Shown here: positions 21,991-33,255 of the stretch, piece after piece | How positions within the stretch are numbered: the first letter of the stretch is position 1 | Layout: each line of letters starts with the position of its first letter | Assembly (NCBI GenBank): GCA_043228905.1 | Contig: JBHGNT010000009.1 | Location: 9,300,001-9,364,000 of the forward strand | DNA from: Azolla caroliniana | Taxonomy: Eukaryota; Plantae; Polypodiophyta | Direction of reading: 5' to 3' | DNA length: 64,000 bases | Notes under the pieces: model-generated | The model's input: the letters and a program-made list of their open reading frames with translations, nothing else | What the model was told of the DNA's origin: nothing | Databases searched by the model: none | Program-made: the position numbers and the translations under genes

Positions 21991-23565
21991 CGCATCGCAT
22001 TTGTGTGCTTATCTCGCCATTCGAACTTCATTCTTTTCTTTAGTAGTCCATATAACGGTTCGGCGACATGAGCATAGTGCGGAATCCAGATATGATAAAA
22101 TGCGCATGCTCCAAGGAACCTTCTAACCTCCGTTTGATTTTCACATGCTTCTTTCATGTCTTGGATCGCGTTCACTTTGTATGGCAAAGGCTTCCAGCCG
22201 TGTGCCCCACATAAGTGACCTACCACCAAGATCTCTAGTTGCCCGAATGCGGATTTTTCTCCAGAAAATGTCAAATTCGCATCTTCAAGCCTTTGAAGCA
22301 CCTTCTCACAATCTTTCATATGATCCGCAACTAACTTTCTACAACCTTCCTTATCTTTCGATTCATCTTTCTCCTCATCCGAACATCCTTTCATCCAAGA
22401 ATGTCATCGTGATGTCCGGGATGCAATCCTTCAAGACTTTATTCATGGCATTCACCATACGAGCCACCGAGTTCGTTGCGCCTTGGGGTAAGGTACACAT
22501 CCGCACAAGCCCGATCGGAGTACTCATGGTTGTAATGTCCCGACTGTCGATCGCCAATTGGAATTGGTCATATCCGGAGTAGAGATCGCCAATGGAGTAG
22601 ATGGACCGGCCCGCAAACGCTTCGGCAAATTCGTCCACGCTCAAATTGATTCCGGCATTTCGAATTGTCATCTTGTTGACGGGTTGAAGATCTTGGATGA
22701 ATCGCAATGATCCATTCTTCTTCGGCACCGTGAACCACCTATTGGAATAAGGAGCATTCGACGGTTCTAGAATTCCCATACTCACCGTCTCCTTTAAGAG
22801 CTCGATCAGCTTCGGAAGGTGTGCTCTCGGAATCGGTATCGGCTTCAAATTCCAAGGCACATGAGGCACCGTGAAGATCACCATCGTCTCTATAACCTTT
22901 GGGTCGGCGCATCCGATTTCTCGTGGGAAGAATACGAAAGCCTTCCCATGTCTCTCAAGCATATCGCGAAACAATCGCTCCTCTTCAGGGAGAAGGAAAT
23001 CCTCCTTTCCAACTCGTAGCTTCCCCTTCATCTCTTTGGTGAAGACATGACCTATCTTCTTCGGATCTCTTAAGCTTGGATCGTTAGCGACTTCCTTCAT
23101 CTTTTGTCAGCTATCTTCCAGTAGCGGAACTGCAACTGGCTTGATCTTCTTATCCACCGTTTTATATTTCGTGTTGATTTCAGCTTCCTTCATCGAGATG
23201 CCACGACGGTATTCATTGATGATAGCGTACATGTTGACGGAGTTAACCGAAATCACGAGTTAGTCGTGAAGATAGCTCAAGTCCATGACATCCTCGATTT
23301 CGGCGATGGTGTCGTTAAATGAGGCTTCTTCCATAATATGAGTCACGAACTCTCCTTCTTCTATTATGTTTTCTTCTTTCAGCATCTTCTCGAATTCATG
23401 TATTCGGCGCTTGTGCTTCTTGTCGGGTAGTACTAGTTTACATGCGCCACTAGGTGTGACACATGTTGCTTCTCCTCGCAATCCATGCACTCTTCTTTCT
23501 TGTGGGGTCTTGTGATTGCTCGGACTATTTGTGCCCCATGCTTCAATAGTCCGCTCTAAAAATCC
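21991..23565 (-). pseudogene. G1 pol N-terminus and reverse transcriptase (-1 frame relative to Gag-PR)
   Basis: TKYKTVDKKIKPVAVP, YSNRWFTVPKK, DLYSGYDQF, LPQGATNSVA, FLD (second catalytic Asp lost at a small deletion) and VRRFLG. Confidence 0.9.
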
Positions 23566-24946
23566 GAGGATTCGCCTCCGAGACTATCTCGATTCCTTTC
23601 ATGATTGGCTCGCACTGTTAGGAATTGGACCGATCTTTGGTTGTCAAGACTCTTTATTCGTGTGAAGGCTGCTCCATTATCGAACACTTTGGTCTCCATC
23701 CGAGATGATGTGATATAAGGTCGCCCTAGGATGACAGGATGCGACGCCGATTCTTGTACGAAGAAGTGTTGATCCATCTCCACATCCTCGATCGTGACTT
23801 TGACATTGGGCCAAGCTCCATACAAGTCCTCCGTAGAATTTGTTGCCGCGCGAATCTTCCATCTGTGGTTTGTATTGATTGGCCATCTTCCTTTTTTGTA
23901 GAAGTCGGTTGACATGAGGTTGATCTCCGAGCCGTGGTCGATCAAAGCTACCACAGTCTCTTTCTTCTCCCCGATCTTTACCGGCGTCTTCGTTGTCGCT
24001 CGTGCCCAATGAGGTCGAGTATAGTGGTTGTCCATCATATCTTCATCGACTTCGTCTCTTGCCATCGTTATGGCATTCGTTTTTGCTTTTTGCGGCTTCT
24101 CTTCTTCCTCGTCCGATTGTTGTCTTTTTCTCTTTACAAGGTCCACGATCGTGTCATCGAACTCCTTCGTAATGCCAAGCAATTCCCTCAAGGACAAAGT
24201 CACGTGGCTATCAAGAACTCGTTCTTCGAGAATCTTCTTTAGGTCCGTCGTCAGCTCTATGTCCAACCTTAGCTTATAGGTAGGCATAGTCCTTGTCCTC
24301 CGAGCGGGGTCTTCGACACTAACCTTCACGGGCCGAACCGTTTCTTCAACTTGTATGCTCGGCTCCCCTTTTCGGCTTGATTCTTGTTCCTCCGTTTGTA
24401 AAGGTCGACTCATCTCCGCATCGTTCTTCTTTTTCGCGTTCCTTGTTTCATGTCTTTTTGATGGTCCTTGCTCTTCTATTCTTTTTCTGTTTTCTTCGAC
24501 GAACACCTCGTGGTTGTCGCACATCACCTCCGCGAGTATGGTGTTGTCGTCCACCGGATCCGACCACCCGGTTATGCTTTGCACGCTTCAGTCCGCAAGC
24601 TCTACCTCGTTCGATGTGACCTTCCCCATCTTCTCATACTCGAGAACAGAAGACCAAAACTTGGCTCCCACTTTCGCAGCTTCATTTTTGTCTTTCCCGA
24701 CTCTTATTCCGGCCGACGCAGCATAGTGCATCGCATCGGCATCCTCCATAGCTTTCTTCATTCCTCCTCTTCCGAAATTCACCCGTAGGGGTCTTCTAGT
24801 CTCGCTCGAGCAGATCATGTTGTCATCTATGTACACGATATTTTGTCGGATCGCCTCTCGAAGGCTCGCGCAATCCCTTCTCATGTGGTCCATGGTATCG
24901 CACCACACGCATCTAAAGGGTTCTTTTCCTTTGGGCCCCCGACGAT
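23556..24946 (-). pseudogene. G1 Gag C-terminus (Zn knuckle) fused to an aspartic protease
   Basis: CVWCDTMDHMRRDC; ALIDHGSEINLM and ILGRP protease motifs; one in-frame TGA at 24588-24590. Confidence 0.88.
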
Positions 24947-25473
24947 TGTTGTAGGTTTTAGGGTTAGGGTTAATGATAATCATGATTGATTATTGGTGAT
25001 AATTATGATGATTGGTAATGAAGATAGACATGGTGATGGAGAGTATGATGGTGAGAGAGATCATATAGAGAAGCATAGAGAAGCATTGTGGGGTGGGGGG
25101 TGGTGCCTAGAATGGCTCCACCCCCCTCCCAAGGGGGTTCAACGTAAGGGAAAGGGAAGAGAGATAGAGAGATGATAAGAGAGAGAGAGATATTGAGAGA
25201 GAAATGTTCATTGTATTCATTCATTCCCCATAAGGGGTTAAATAGTACAAGAGGGGGTAGATACATAGGGGTGTAAGCCCCCTCGAGCATTCATACTGGA
25301 CACTCACTCACACCTCCTTGTATCCATCCACATGCACACACGTGTGCATGTGTTCACATACGTATAGACTTACAATTACATTTATGCCCCCTACACATAC
25401 ACAACAACATCATGATAACATTCGACCCTCGCTCAACACACTTGACTCTCTGTACATCTCGTACGGGGTAACA
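24947..25473 (+). repeat. 5' LTR of T (527 bp)
   Basis: TGTTGTAGGTTTTAGGGTTAGGG...GGGGTAACA; matches 32855-33100 plus 37587-37843. Confidence 0.92.
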
Positions 25474-25478
25474 CAATA

Positions 25479-25494
25479 TGGCACGCCCGTGGGA
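25479..25494 (+). other. PBS of T, probably tRNA-Arg
   Basis: TGGCACGCCCGTGGGA, 5 nt after the LTR; resembles the complement of plant tRNA-Arg 3' ends (from recall). Confidence 0.7.
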
Positions 25495-27032
25495 GAGTGC
25501 CTTGCACATCGATCCCACATGCCTTGATGATGATATTTCTTCGACCAAAACTTCCATCGGTCCTTTCAACGATCGACTCCCTCGATCGGAGCACTTGACT
25601 CGAACATCTTTGTCGGTCAACGAATCTTCCGCGACACAAACCTTCTCGTACTTTAGTAACATCATTCGAGTCGTTAAAAAGACGTTGTATGTATATGTGT
25701 TCTTCTTTGTATCTTGTGAGTTATGTGTGGATCACGTCCATTGCTTTTAGGTAGATGAGTTTTTGAAATTTCCTCGTTGCCCTTTGGTTATTAAAACTCT
25801 AATATATACCCTCGAACTTTTGAATTTGCAATGGGTACCCTCAAGGTTTTGAAATTTGTTGCCCTTGTCTTTGTCTTTTCCTTTCTCCTTTCTGTTTTGT
25901 CTTCCTCTCTTTCTTCATTTTTTCTATTCTTCCTGTCTGTTGGTCCATTTGTGTCTCCTTCTCTTCTCTTTCTTCATTTCTACTTCTCTGCCTCTCCCGA
26001 TTGCTTCTTTGTCTGTCCGTGGTTTTTGGTGTCTTTCTCTTCTTGTTCTATAATTTCTTCATTCTCTACCTGTCTATGTCGGTGTCAGTTTCTTTCCAGT
26101 CCCGTCACCATCTCTGTCTCCATCCTTCTATGATCGTCAATGCCTCTTGTCTGTCATCCTGTGTCCACCATCGTCCGTAATTGATCGACCGCTCTGGCCG
26201 TCCGTTGTTCGGCTGTTACCATCATTTTAGGGTTTCTAGCTGCTCCGACCAGATAGCTATCAGGCCGCCACTGCTATTCAGCCGTAGTCGTCGTTGTTGT
26301 TTCAGCCACTCTTCGACCGCTTATCAGGTCGCTATCTGGCCGTTGCTCCGACTATCTCTCCCTCTGGTCATCAGGTTGGTTGTTCGGGCATTATGCGTCT
26401 CTACCCGTTCGGCCTCCGATGTCTGTCGTCGCTCTTCTTGGTCACTATCTGGCCGTCAGCCTTTGTGTGGCATATATGTGGCGGTCGTCATCCATGTCTC
26501 TGTTTGTCCGGTGGTCTTCTTCTTTGTTTGGTGCCTCCGACTGTGTCTTTGCGGTGTTTTTGGTTTCTCTGGTTGTCGATGTCTTGTCTGAGTCTGCATC
26601 TCCTTCTCTGTCTTCTATGGCCCTTCGTCGTTAACCAACTCTGGTTCTGGTTTCGACTCTCTCAGCGTGGTTTCTTTTGGAACCATCTCCTATGCGTTCT
26701 CAACACATCCTGCTGGCCTCTGCTCCACACACTGTGTCTCTGTGCAGTCTCCTAATGGGCTTCTCTTTCCGGTCGTGCTTTCACTGTACATTCTCAACAA
26801 ATCCTACCGGCCTCCACTCCACACACCGCGTCTTCCTCCGTGGTCTCCTAGTGGGCATCTCTTTCTGGTCGTGTTGGCACCGGTTCCCTTCTATCCGGAG
26901 TTTAGGGTTTCTTGCTCCGTCGATTCGCCTGACCTTCTTTCTGGTTGTCTCTCGCAGGACGCTTTCTTGCACACAATGTTGTTGCTAACCGCACATTTGC
27001 ACATTGTTGTTTCCATTTTCGCACACTCACGT

Positions 27033-30000
27033 TGTTGAGAAGCAAGCTCAACATGGTATGTGATGCTTATGAGAAATAAGCTATAGTAGCTATTTAGCTA
27101 CTAGTGAACAAAAAGGTAAAACAGCTATTTAGCTAGTGACAGCTAATTAGCTAGTGAACAGCTATTTAGCGACTGACAGCTAATTAGCTACTGGCAGCTA
27201 ATTAGCTGCATGTGTAATAACTTATGATTTAGGTAAAAGTAAGAGTGAGTGAATAGGAAAGTAGTAGTAAGAAAAAACAGAGAATAGTGAGTGTAGAACT
27301 CTGAGAGAGATAGTGAGCATAAAGAGAAAGAACTCAGAGAGTGAGAGCAAGAGAGAGAAGACTGACGAGAGCAAGTTGAGCTCTACATGTAATAGAAGAA
27401 AACCATTTTGCTACTACAGAGGTAAGTCCCCTTTCCTTTCTCTGTCTGTTTAGAGCACGCTAACGATCCAGCACACTACGATCCGCCGCGCATACAAAAG
27501 AAGAGCCCGAGTGCCTTCTTCACGTTTTCTTAACATGGTATCAGAGCAGAGTAGCTCGTAAGGAAGAGTATAGCAGTGCCTTAATCTGAGAAAGTTATTT
27601 CTCTGGTTGCTGATCAGAAATCAGAAAGTTACTTGTTGAAGTAACTAAAGCAAAACCCTGGTTTTTGGAAGAAAAAAAATGGCTGCAGAGAATGTAGGCC
27701 AAATGGTCACAGAGAAATTAGATAAAAACAATTTCCCGGCGTGGAAATTCAGAATGACAAACTTTCTGATGGGGAAAGGATACTGGGATTACATTGAAGG
27801 AGACCTAGAAGAGGCTCCAGAGATCCCAGAAGAGAATGCAACAGCTGCACATATTAAGGCATTCAAAGATTGGAATCAAGGGGCAAGGAAGGTAATGCAT
27901 TGGCTCTCACTTAGCATCTCAGATTCGATGCTTCGGCACATACAAGATGCTATGCTCCCAAAAGAAGCTTGGGACAGTTTGGTAAAACTGTTTGCAATAA
28001 ACACAAAAGCTAGAAAGCTACAGTTGAAGACTGAGCTAAATACCTTAGAAAAAGGTAAGATGTCAATAAATGAGTATGCCTTGAAAATCAAGAGTATATG
28101 TGAATCACTTGCTTCTATCAATGTGAAGATAGAAGATGATGACAAAGTGGAAATATGCTTAAGAGGCTTAGGACCTCAATACAAGAGTTTTAAAACTTCT
28201 ATGCTCACAAGGGATAGTATCCCAAGTTTTTCAGATCTGGTCTCAATGCTTGTGGTAGAGGAAAGGAATCAGATGGATGATGCAAATAAAGGAAACTCAG
28301 AGAACGAGGGGCAAGCCCTCTATAATAATGCCGGAAGAGGCCGAGGAAGAGGCCATGGAAGATTTGGCTCAGGAAGAACCAATAATAATGGCTTTCAAGG
28401 AAGAGGACAGCAAGCTCATAGAGGAGGAAACAACAACAGAGGCAGGGGGAGCAACCGAGGTAGAGGTAAGCAAACTTATGTAAATGATGATGGCTGCTGG
28501 TATTGTGGAAAACCAGGCCATACACAGGCTGAATGTTACAAGAAACAAAATGATGAGAAAAGAGGAAAAGGACAACAAAGTAACTATGCCTCTACTAGTG
28601 AAGATTGTGAAAAGGAAGGTGTTTTTGTAGTGCAACATGAGATAGCAGCAGTGGCTGAAAGCTCACAGAAATGTAATGAAGAGTTTACGTGGTATGTAGA
28701 CTCGGGGGCATCTAACCATATGACTGGACATGCAAATTGGTTTGAGAGTTTAAGAGAACCAGAGGTTCCTGGTTATGTACAAACAGGTGATGACACAACT
28801 CACCAAATAAAACATGTTGGAGATATCCCATTGTGGGAAGAAAGAGGAAAAACCAAGTATATGTTGAATGTGATGCATGTTCCAAACCTTGCTAAGAATC
28901 TGATTTCTGTTGGACAGATTGTAGAGCAAGGTATGCAAGTGAAGTTTAAGCAAAGTGGATGCTACATAGAAAAGAATGGGAAGCTCATTGCAAAAGGGAA
29001 GAGACAAGGAAGAATGTTTATCTTGGATGTAGAAATGCCCAAACAGTTTTCAGCCATGTTTGCAAATGGAACGAGTGTAATCTCAGATGTGGAAATGTGG
29101 CATAAAAGGATTGGCCATATAAGTATGCAAACATTAAAGAATATGTTGAGAAAAGATGCAGTGGCTGGACTGCCGAACTTGAAAAAGTGTGAAATGGGAA
29201 AAGTATGTGAAGCATGTCAATATGGTAAGCAAAACAGGTTGCCATTCCCTCATGAGAGACATGTAAGCAAAAATCTGTTGGATTTGGTACATACAGATGT
29301 ATGGGGACCAACAAAGAATGCATCTATTGGTGGATGCAGATTTTATGTTACATTTATTGATGATTGTTCACGGAAGACATGGGTGTACTTCATGAAGGAG
29401 AAAAGTGAAGTATTTGACTGTTTTCATAAGTTTAAATGCATGGTAGAAAAGCAGGCTGGTACAAGGATAAAATGTTTGAGATCTGATGGAGGAGGAGAGT
29501 ATTTCTCCAATGAATTTTCTGATTTTTTGTGTAATCAGGGAATAAGAAGACAGTTCACATGCCGATATACTCCACAGCAAAATGGAGTTGCTGAGAGGAA
29601 AAACAGAACTTTGGTGAACATAGCAAGGGCAATGATGACTGAGAAGAACATGCCATTATACTATTGGGCAGAAGCTGTAAATACAGCAAATTACATTTTA
29701 AATAGATGTATTACATCAGGAGTACATGAGGCAACTCCTGAAGAGTGTTTTTATGGCAGGAAGCCTAGCTTACAACACTTGAAAGTGTTTGGATGCCTTG
29801 CATATGTACATGTGCCTGCAGAAGTAAGAAGTAAGTTGGATCCAAAAGCAGAAAAATGTATCTTTGTTGGATATTCAGAAGAACAAAAAGGGTACAGATG
29901 TTATAACCCTGTGACTAAAAAGATTGTGACAAGTCGAGATGTGATATTTGATGAGTTGGCTAGTTGGTACAGCCCAAAACAGAATCTAGAGACTGATGAA

Positions 30001-32546
30001 GACTGTCAAAATGAAGACAAAGACAGATCAGAAAATGTAGAAGACTGTCACAGAGATGGAGACAAGGTTGGACAGCAAAGTCCAACATCAACAGAATGTT
30101 CTGGACCATCAAAAAGCTCAGATGGTAAATCTGATTCAAATTCATGGAGTGGAAAAACTGGACAGAAAAAATCTGATGACAAAAAAGGAAAACAGAAAAT
30201 GCCAGAGTATGAAATCCCGGATGACCTATCAAAAAACATGGAAGATGAAGATTCAGATATGTCTTTGGATGATTTCCTTGGAATACAGGAAATGAAAATC
30301 CCTGGTATGGAAAAGGCAATAAAGAATGCAAATCAGAAACTGAGAAGATCAGATAGAGAGAAAAAGACTGTGGAAAGATTTGGGTATGATACATATATGG
30401 CTATGCACTATGCATATATGTCTAAGGTGGTACAGATCCCTGACCCAAACAGCTTTGAAGAAGCAAAATCTGAGAAGAAATGGATGTATGCAATGCAAGA
30501 AGAGATTGATGCATTGGCTGAGAACAAAACGTGGGATTTAGTGAAGTTACCAAAAGAGAAAAATGTGGTAGGCTGCAAATGGGTCTACAAAACAAAGCAT
30601 GACTCCAATGGGAATGTAAGTAGACATAAAGCAAGATTGGTTGCAAAAGGATATGCTCAGATGCAAGGGATTGATTATGATGAGACTTTTGCACCGGTTG
30701 CAAAGATGGCAACCTTGAGAACACTACTTGCTGTAGGAGCAGCTAGAAAATGGATTTTGCATCACATGGATGTAAAAAATGCTTTTTTACATGGTAACTT
30801 GGAAGAAGAAGTGTATATGAGTCAACCACCAGGTTTTGAAGATAAGAAACATCCTGATTATGTATGTAAGCTGAAAAAAGCTCTCTATGGACTAAAACAG
30901 GCACCAAGAGCATGGCACAGAGAACTTTCAGATTCTCTGAAAAATCTTGGTTTCAAAATGTCAAAAGCTGATCCTTCTTTGTATGTAAAAAGTGAAAATG
31001 ATTGCATTGTTATTATTCTGATTTATGTAGATGATTTGATTATTGGAGGAGATTCCGTGGATGAAATAAGAAAGTTGGAAAAAAATCTGGAAATGCAGTT
31101 TCATATGAAAGATTTGGGAGATCTGAGATATTTTCTTGGTATTGAAATCATCAGATCTGAAAGTGGTATATGTATGTTGCAAAAACAGTATGCAACAACT
31201 ATGTTGAAAAAGTATGGTATGCTTGGATGCAAACCTATTGCTGTACCACTTGATAAAAACTGCAAGTTGAGGGCTGATTTGGGAGCCAAAATAGAAGATG
31301 TAAACATGTACAGGTCTATGGTGGGCAGCCTTATTTATTTGACCATAACAAGACCTGATTTGAGTTATGCAGTTGGATTAGTTAGCCAATTTATGCAACA
31401 GCCAACAAAGCCGCATTTGGACTGCATTAGAAGAATTCTGAGGTATGTAAAAGCTACTCAGAACTATGGATTGTTTTACAGGGCTGATTTGGACATAAAT
31501 CTGGAAGGATATACAGATGCTGATTGGGCTGGAAGCCAAACAGATAGAAGATCCACAAGTGGATATATCTTTACATTGGGAAGTGCAGGTATTTCATGGA
31601 GTAGCAAGAAACAGGCTACTGTTGCATTGTCTAGTACTGAAGCTGAGTACAGAGGAGCTGCCATAGCCACTTGTGAAGAGGTATGGATTAGAAGATTGCT
31701 TGCTGATTTGGGAGAGTATATAGAAGGTACTGTCACAATCTGGTGTGACAACATGAGCAGCATTCAACTTGCAAAGAACCCTGTGTTCCATGCAAGAACA
31801 AAGCACATTGAAGTGCATTATCACTTTGTTAGAGAAAAAGTGATTGAAGGAGAAGTTGATCTGGTGTATGTGAATACAAATCAGCAGGTTGCTGATATTC
31901 TCACAAAGGGATTGAGTGTGGAAAAGCATACACAGTTTCGGAACATGATGGGAGTTGTAGACATTGATATGATGGCTGAAAAGCATCATGAAAAAGAAGT
32001 TGTAGATAACCCCAAGAAAGGATAAGTTGAGCTTGAGGGGGAGTGTTGAGAAGCAAGCTCAACATGGTATGTGATGCTTATGAGAAATAAGCTATAGTAG
32101 CTATTTAGCTACTAGTGAACAAAAAGGTAAAACAGCTATTTAGCTAGTGACAGCTAATTAGCTAGTGAACAGCTATTTAGCGACTGACAGCTAATTAGCT
32201 ACTGGCAGCTAATTAGCTGCATGTGTAATAACTTATGATTTAGGTAAAAGTAAGAGTGAGTGAATAGGAAAGTAGTAGTAAGAAAAAACAGAGAATAGTG
32301 AGTGTAGAACTCTGAGAGAGATAGTGAGCATAAAGAGAAAGAACTCAGAGAGTGAGAGCAAGAGAGAGAAGACTGACGAGAGCAAGTTGAGCTCTACATG
32401 TAATAGAAGAAAACCATTTTGCTACTACAGAGGTAAGTCCCCTTTCCTTTCTCTGTCTGTTTAGAGCACGCTAACGATCCAGCACACTACGATCCGCCGC
32501 GCATACAAAAGAAGAGCCCGAGTGCCTTCTTCACGTTTTCTTAACA
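27033..32546 (+). mobile_element. Ty1/Copia C4, intact and potentially active
   Basis: Two 503-bp LTRs (27033-27535, 32044-32546) that appear identical by eye; TSD CACGT; iMet PBS 27536-27547; PPT TTGAGGGGGAG before 32044; single ORF. Confidence 0.98.
27679..32025 (+). CDS. C4 Gag-Pol polyprotein (1448 aa)
   Basis: RGG-rich Gag, CWYCGKPGHTQAEC, YVDSGAS, HHCC plus DDE integrase, YVDD RT and YTDADW/EAEY/RTKHIE RNase H; uninterrupted. Confidence 0.98.
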   Translation: MAAENVGQMVTEKLDKNNFPAWKFRMTNFLMGKGYWDYIEGDLEEAPEIPEENATAAHIKAFKDWNQGARKVMHWLSLSISDSMLRHIQDAMLPKEAWDSLVKLFAINTKARKLQLKTELNTLEKGKMSINEYALKIKSICESLASINVKIEDDDKVEICLRGLGPQYKSFKTSMLTRDSIPSFSDLVSMLVVEERNQMDDANKGNSENEGQALYNNAGRGRGRGHGRFGSGRTNNNGFQGRGQQAHRGGNNNRGRGSNRGRGKQTYVNDDGCWYCGKPGHTQAECYKKQNDEKRGKGQQSNYASTSEDCEKEGVFVVQHEIAAVAESSQKCNEEFTWYVDSGASNHMTGHANWFESLREPEVPGYVQTGDDTTHQIKHVGDIPLWEERGKTKYMLNVMHVPNLAKNLISVGQIVEQGMQVKFKQSGCYIEKNGKLIAKGKRQGRMFILDVEMPKQFSAMFANGTSVISDVEMWHKRIGHISMQTLKNMLRKDAVAGLPNLKKCEMGKVCEACQYGKQNRLPFPHERHVSKNLLDLVHTDVWGPTKNASIGGCRFYVTFIDDCSRKTWVYFMKEKSEVFDCFHKFKCMVEKQAGTRIKCLRSDGGGEYFSNEFSDFLCNQGIRRQFTCRYTPQQNGVAERKNRTLVNIARAMMTEKNMPLYYWAEAVNTANYILNRCITSGVHEATPEECFYGRKPSLQHLKVFGCLAYVHVPAEVRSKLDPKAEKCIFVGYSEEQKGYRCYNPVTKKIVTSRDVIFDELASWYSPKQNLETDEDCQNEDKDRSENVEDCHRDGDKVGQQSPTSTECSGPSKSSDGKSDSNSWSGKTGQKKSDDKKGKQKMPEYEIPDDLSKNMEDEDSDMSLDDFLGIQEMKIPGMEKAIKNANQKLRRSDREKKTVERFGYDTYMAMHYAYMSKVVQIPDPNSFEEAKSEKKWMYAMQEEIDALAENKTWDLVKLPKEKNVVGCKWVYKTKHDSNGNVSRHKARLVAKGYAQMQGIDYDETFAPVAKMATLRTLLAVGAARKWILHHMDVKNAFLHGNLEEEVYMSQPPGFEDKKHPDYVCKLKKALYGLKQAPRAWHRELSDSLKNLGFKMSKADPSLYVKSENDCIVIILIYVDDLIIGGDSVDEIRKLEKNLEMQFHMKDLGDLRYFLGIEIIRSESGICMLQKQYATTMLKKYGMLGCKPIAVPLDKNCKLRADLGAKIEDVNMYRSMVGSLIYLTITRPDLSYAVGLVSQFMQQPTKPHLDCIRRILRYVKATQNYGLFYRADLDINLEGYTDADWAGSQTDRRSTSGYIFTLGSAGISWSSKKQATVALSSTEAEYRGAAIATCEEVWIRRLLADLGEYIEGTVTIWCDNMSSIQLAKNPVFHARTKHIEVHYHFVREKVIEGEVDLVYVNTNQQVADILTKGLSVEKHTQFRNMMGVVDIDMMAEKHHEKEVVDNPKKG

Positions 32547-33255
32547 CACGTTACGTCATCATTCCGCGACTTCCTCTCATACATTGTCATCATTTTCTTA
32601 CATCTTTGGCACCATTTCTTGGACATTTATGACAAAAACAAACCAAACAAAACATACACATGTAGAGATTAATTCATTGTAGAATTATGAGGCAGTTAAT
32701 CCTCCATTTTTTATTTCTTCCGCCTTTTGCTGCATATCGCCATCATTTCCCACACATCTCTCACATATCATCATCACTATGCCTCACATTGTCCCGTATC
32801 ATTCTTCGACTCCATCTCCAAAGGGGGGTCGCCTTAGTGGTCGCCAAAAGGCATTGTAGGTTTTAGGGTTAGGGTTAATGATAATCATGATTGATTATTG
32901 GTGATAATTATGATGATTGGTAATGAAGATAGACATGGTGATGGAGAGTATGATGGTGAGAGAGATCATATAGAGAAGCATTGAGAAGCATTGTGGGGTG
33001 GGGGGTGGTGCCTAGAATGGCTCCACCCCCCTCCCAAGGGGGTTCAATGTAAGGGAAAGGGAAGAGAGATAGAGAGATGATAAGAGAAAGAAAGAAAGAT
33101 ATATTAACGTCTTCTAAGGCCAAATTTGGCCCATGAGACAAATAGGTTACAACAAAAAATGAGTGTTTATCCAATCATCAAAACTAAAAATAAAAGAAAA
33201 TAGCTTAAGCTAAGAAAGTTCTAGTAGTGTACAAAACTTTGCACCAAGCCTAATC

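Noticed and set aside
24955-24972. Telomere or interstitial telomeric array
   Set aside because: Only about two units, present at the same position in both LTRs of element T, so they are part of the LTR.
25831-27038. Hydrophobic ORFs inside element T as an env-like membrane protein
   Set aside because: F/L/S/V richness appears in all frames because of the T/C skew, and there is no single long frame or recognisable motif.
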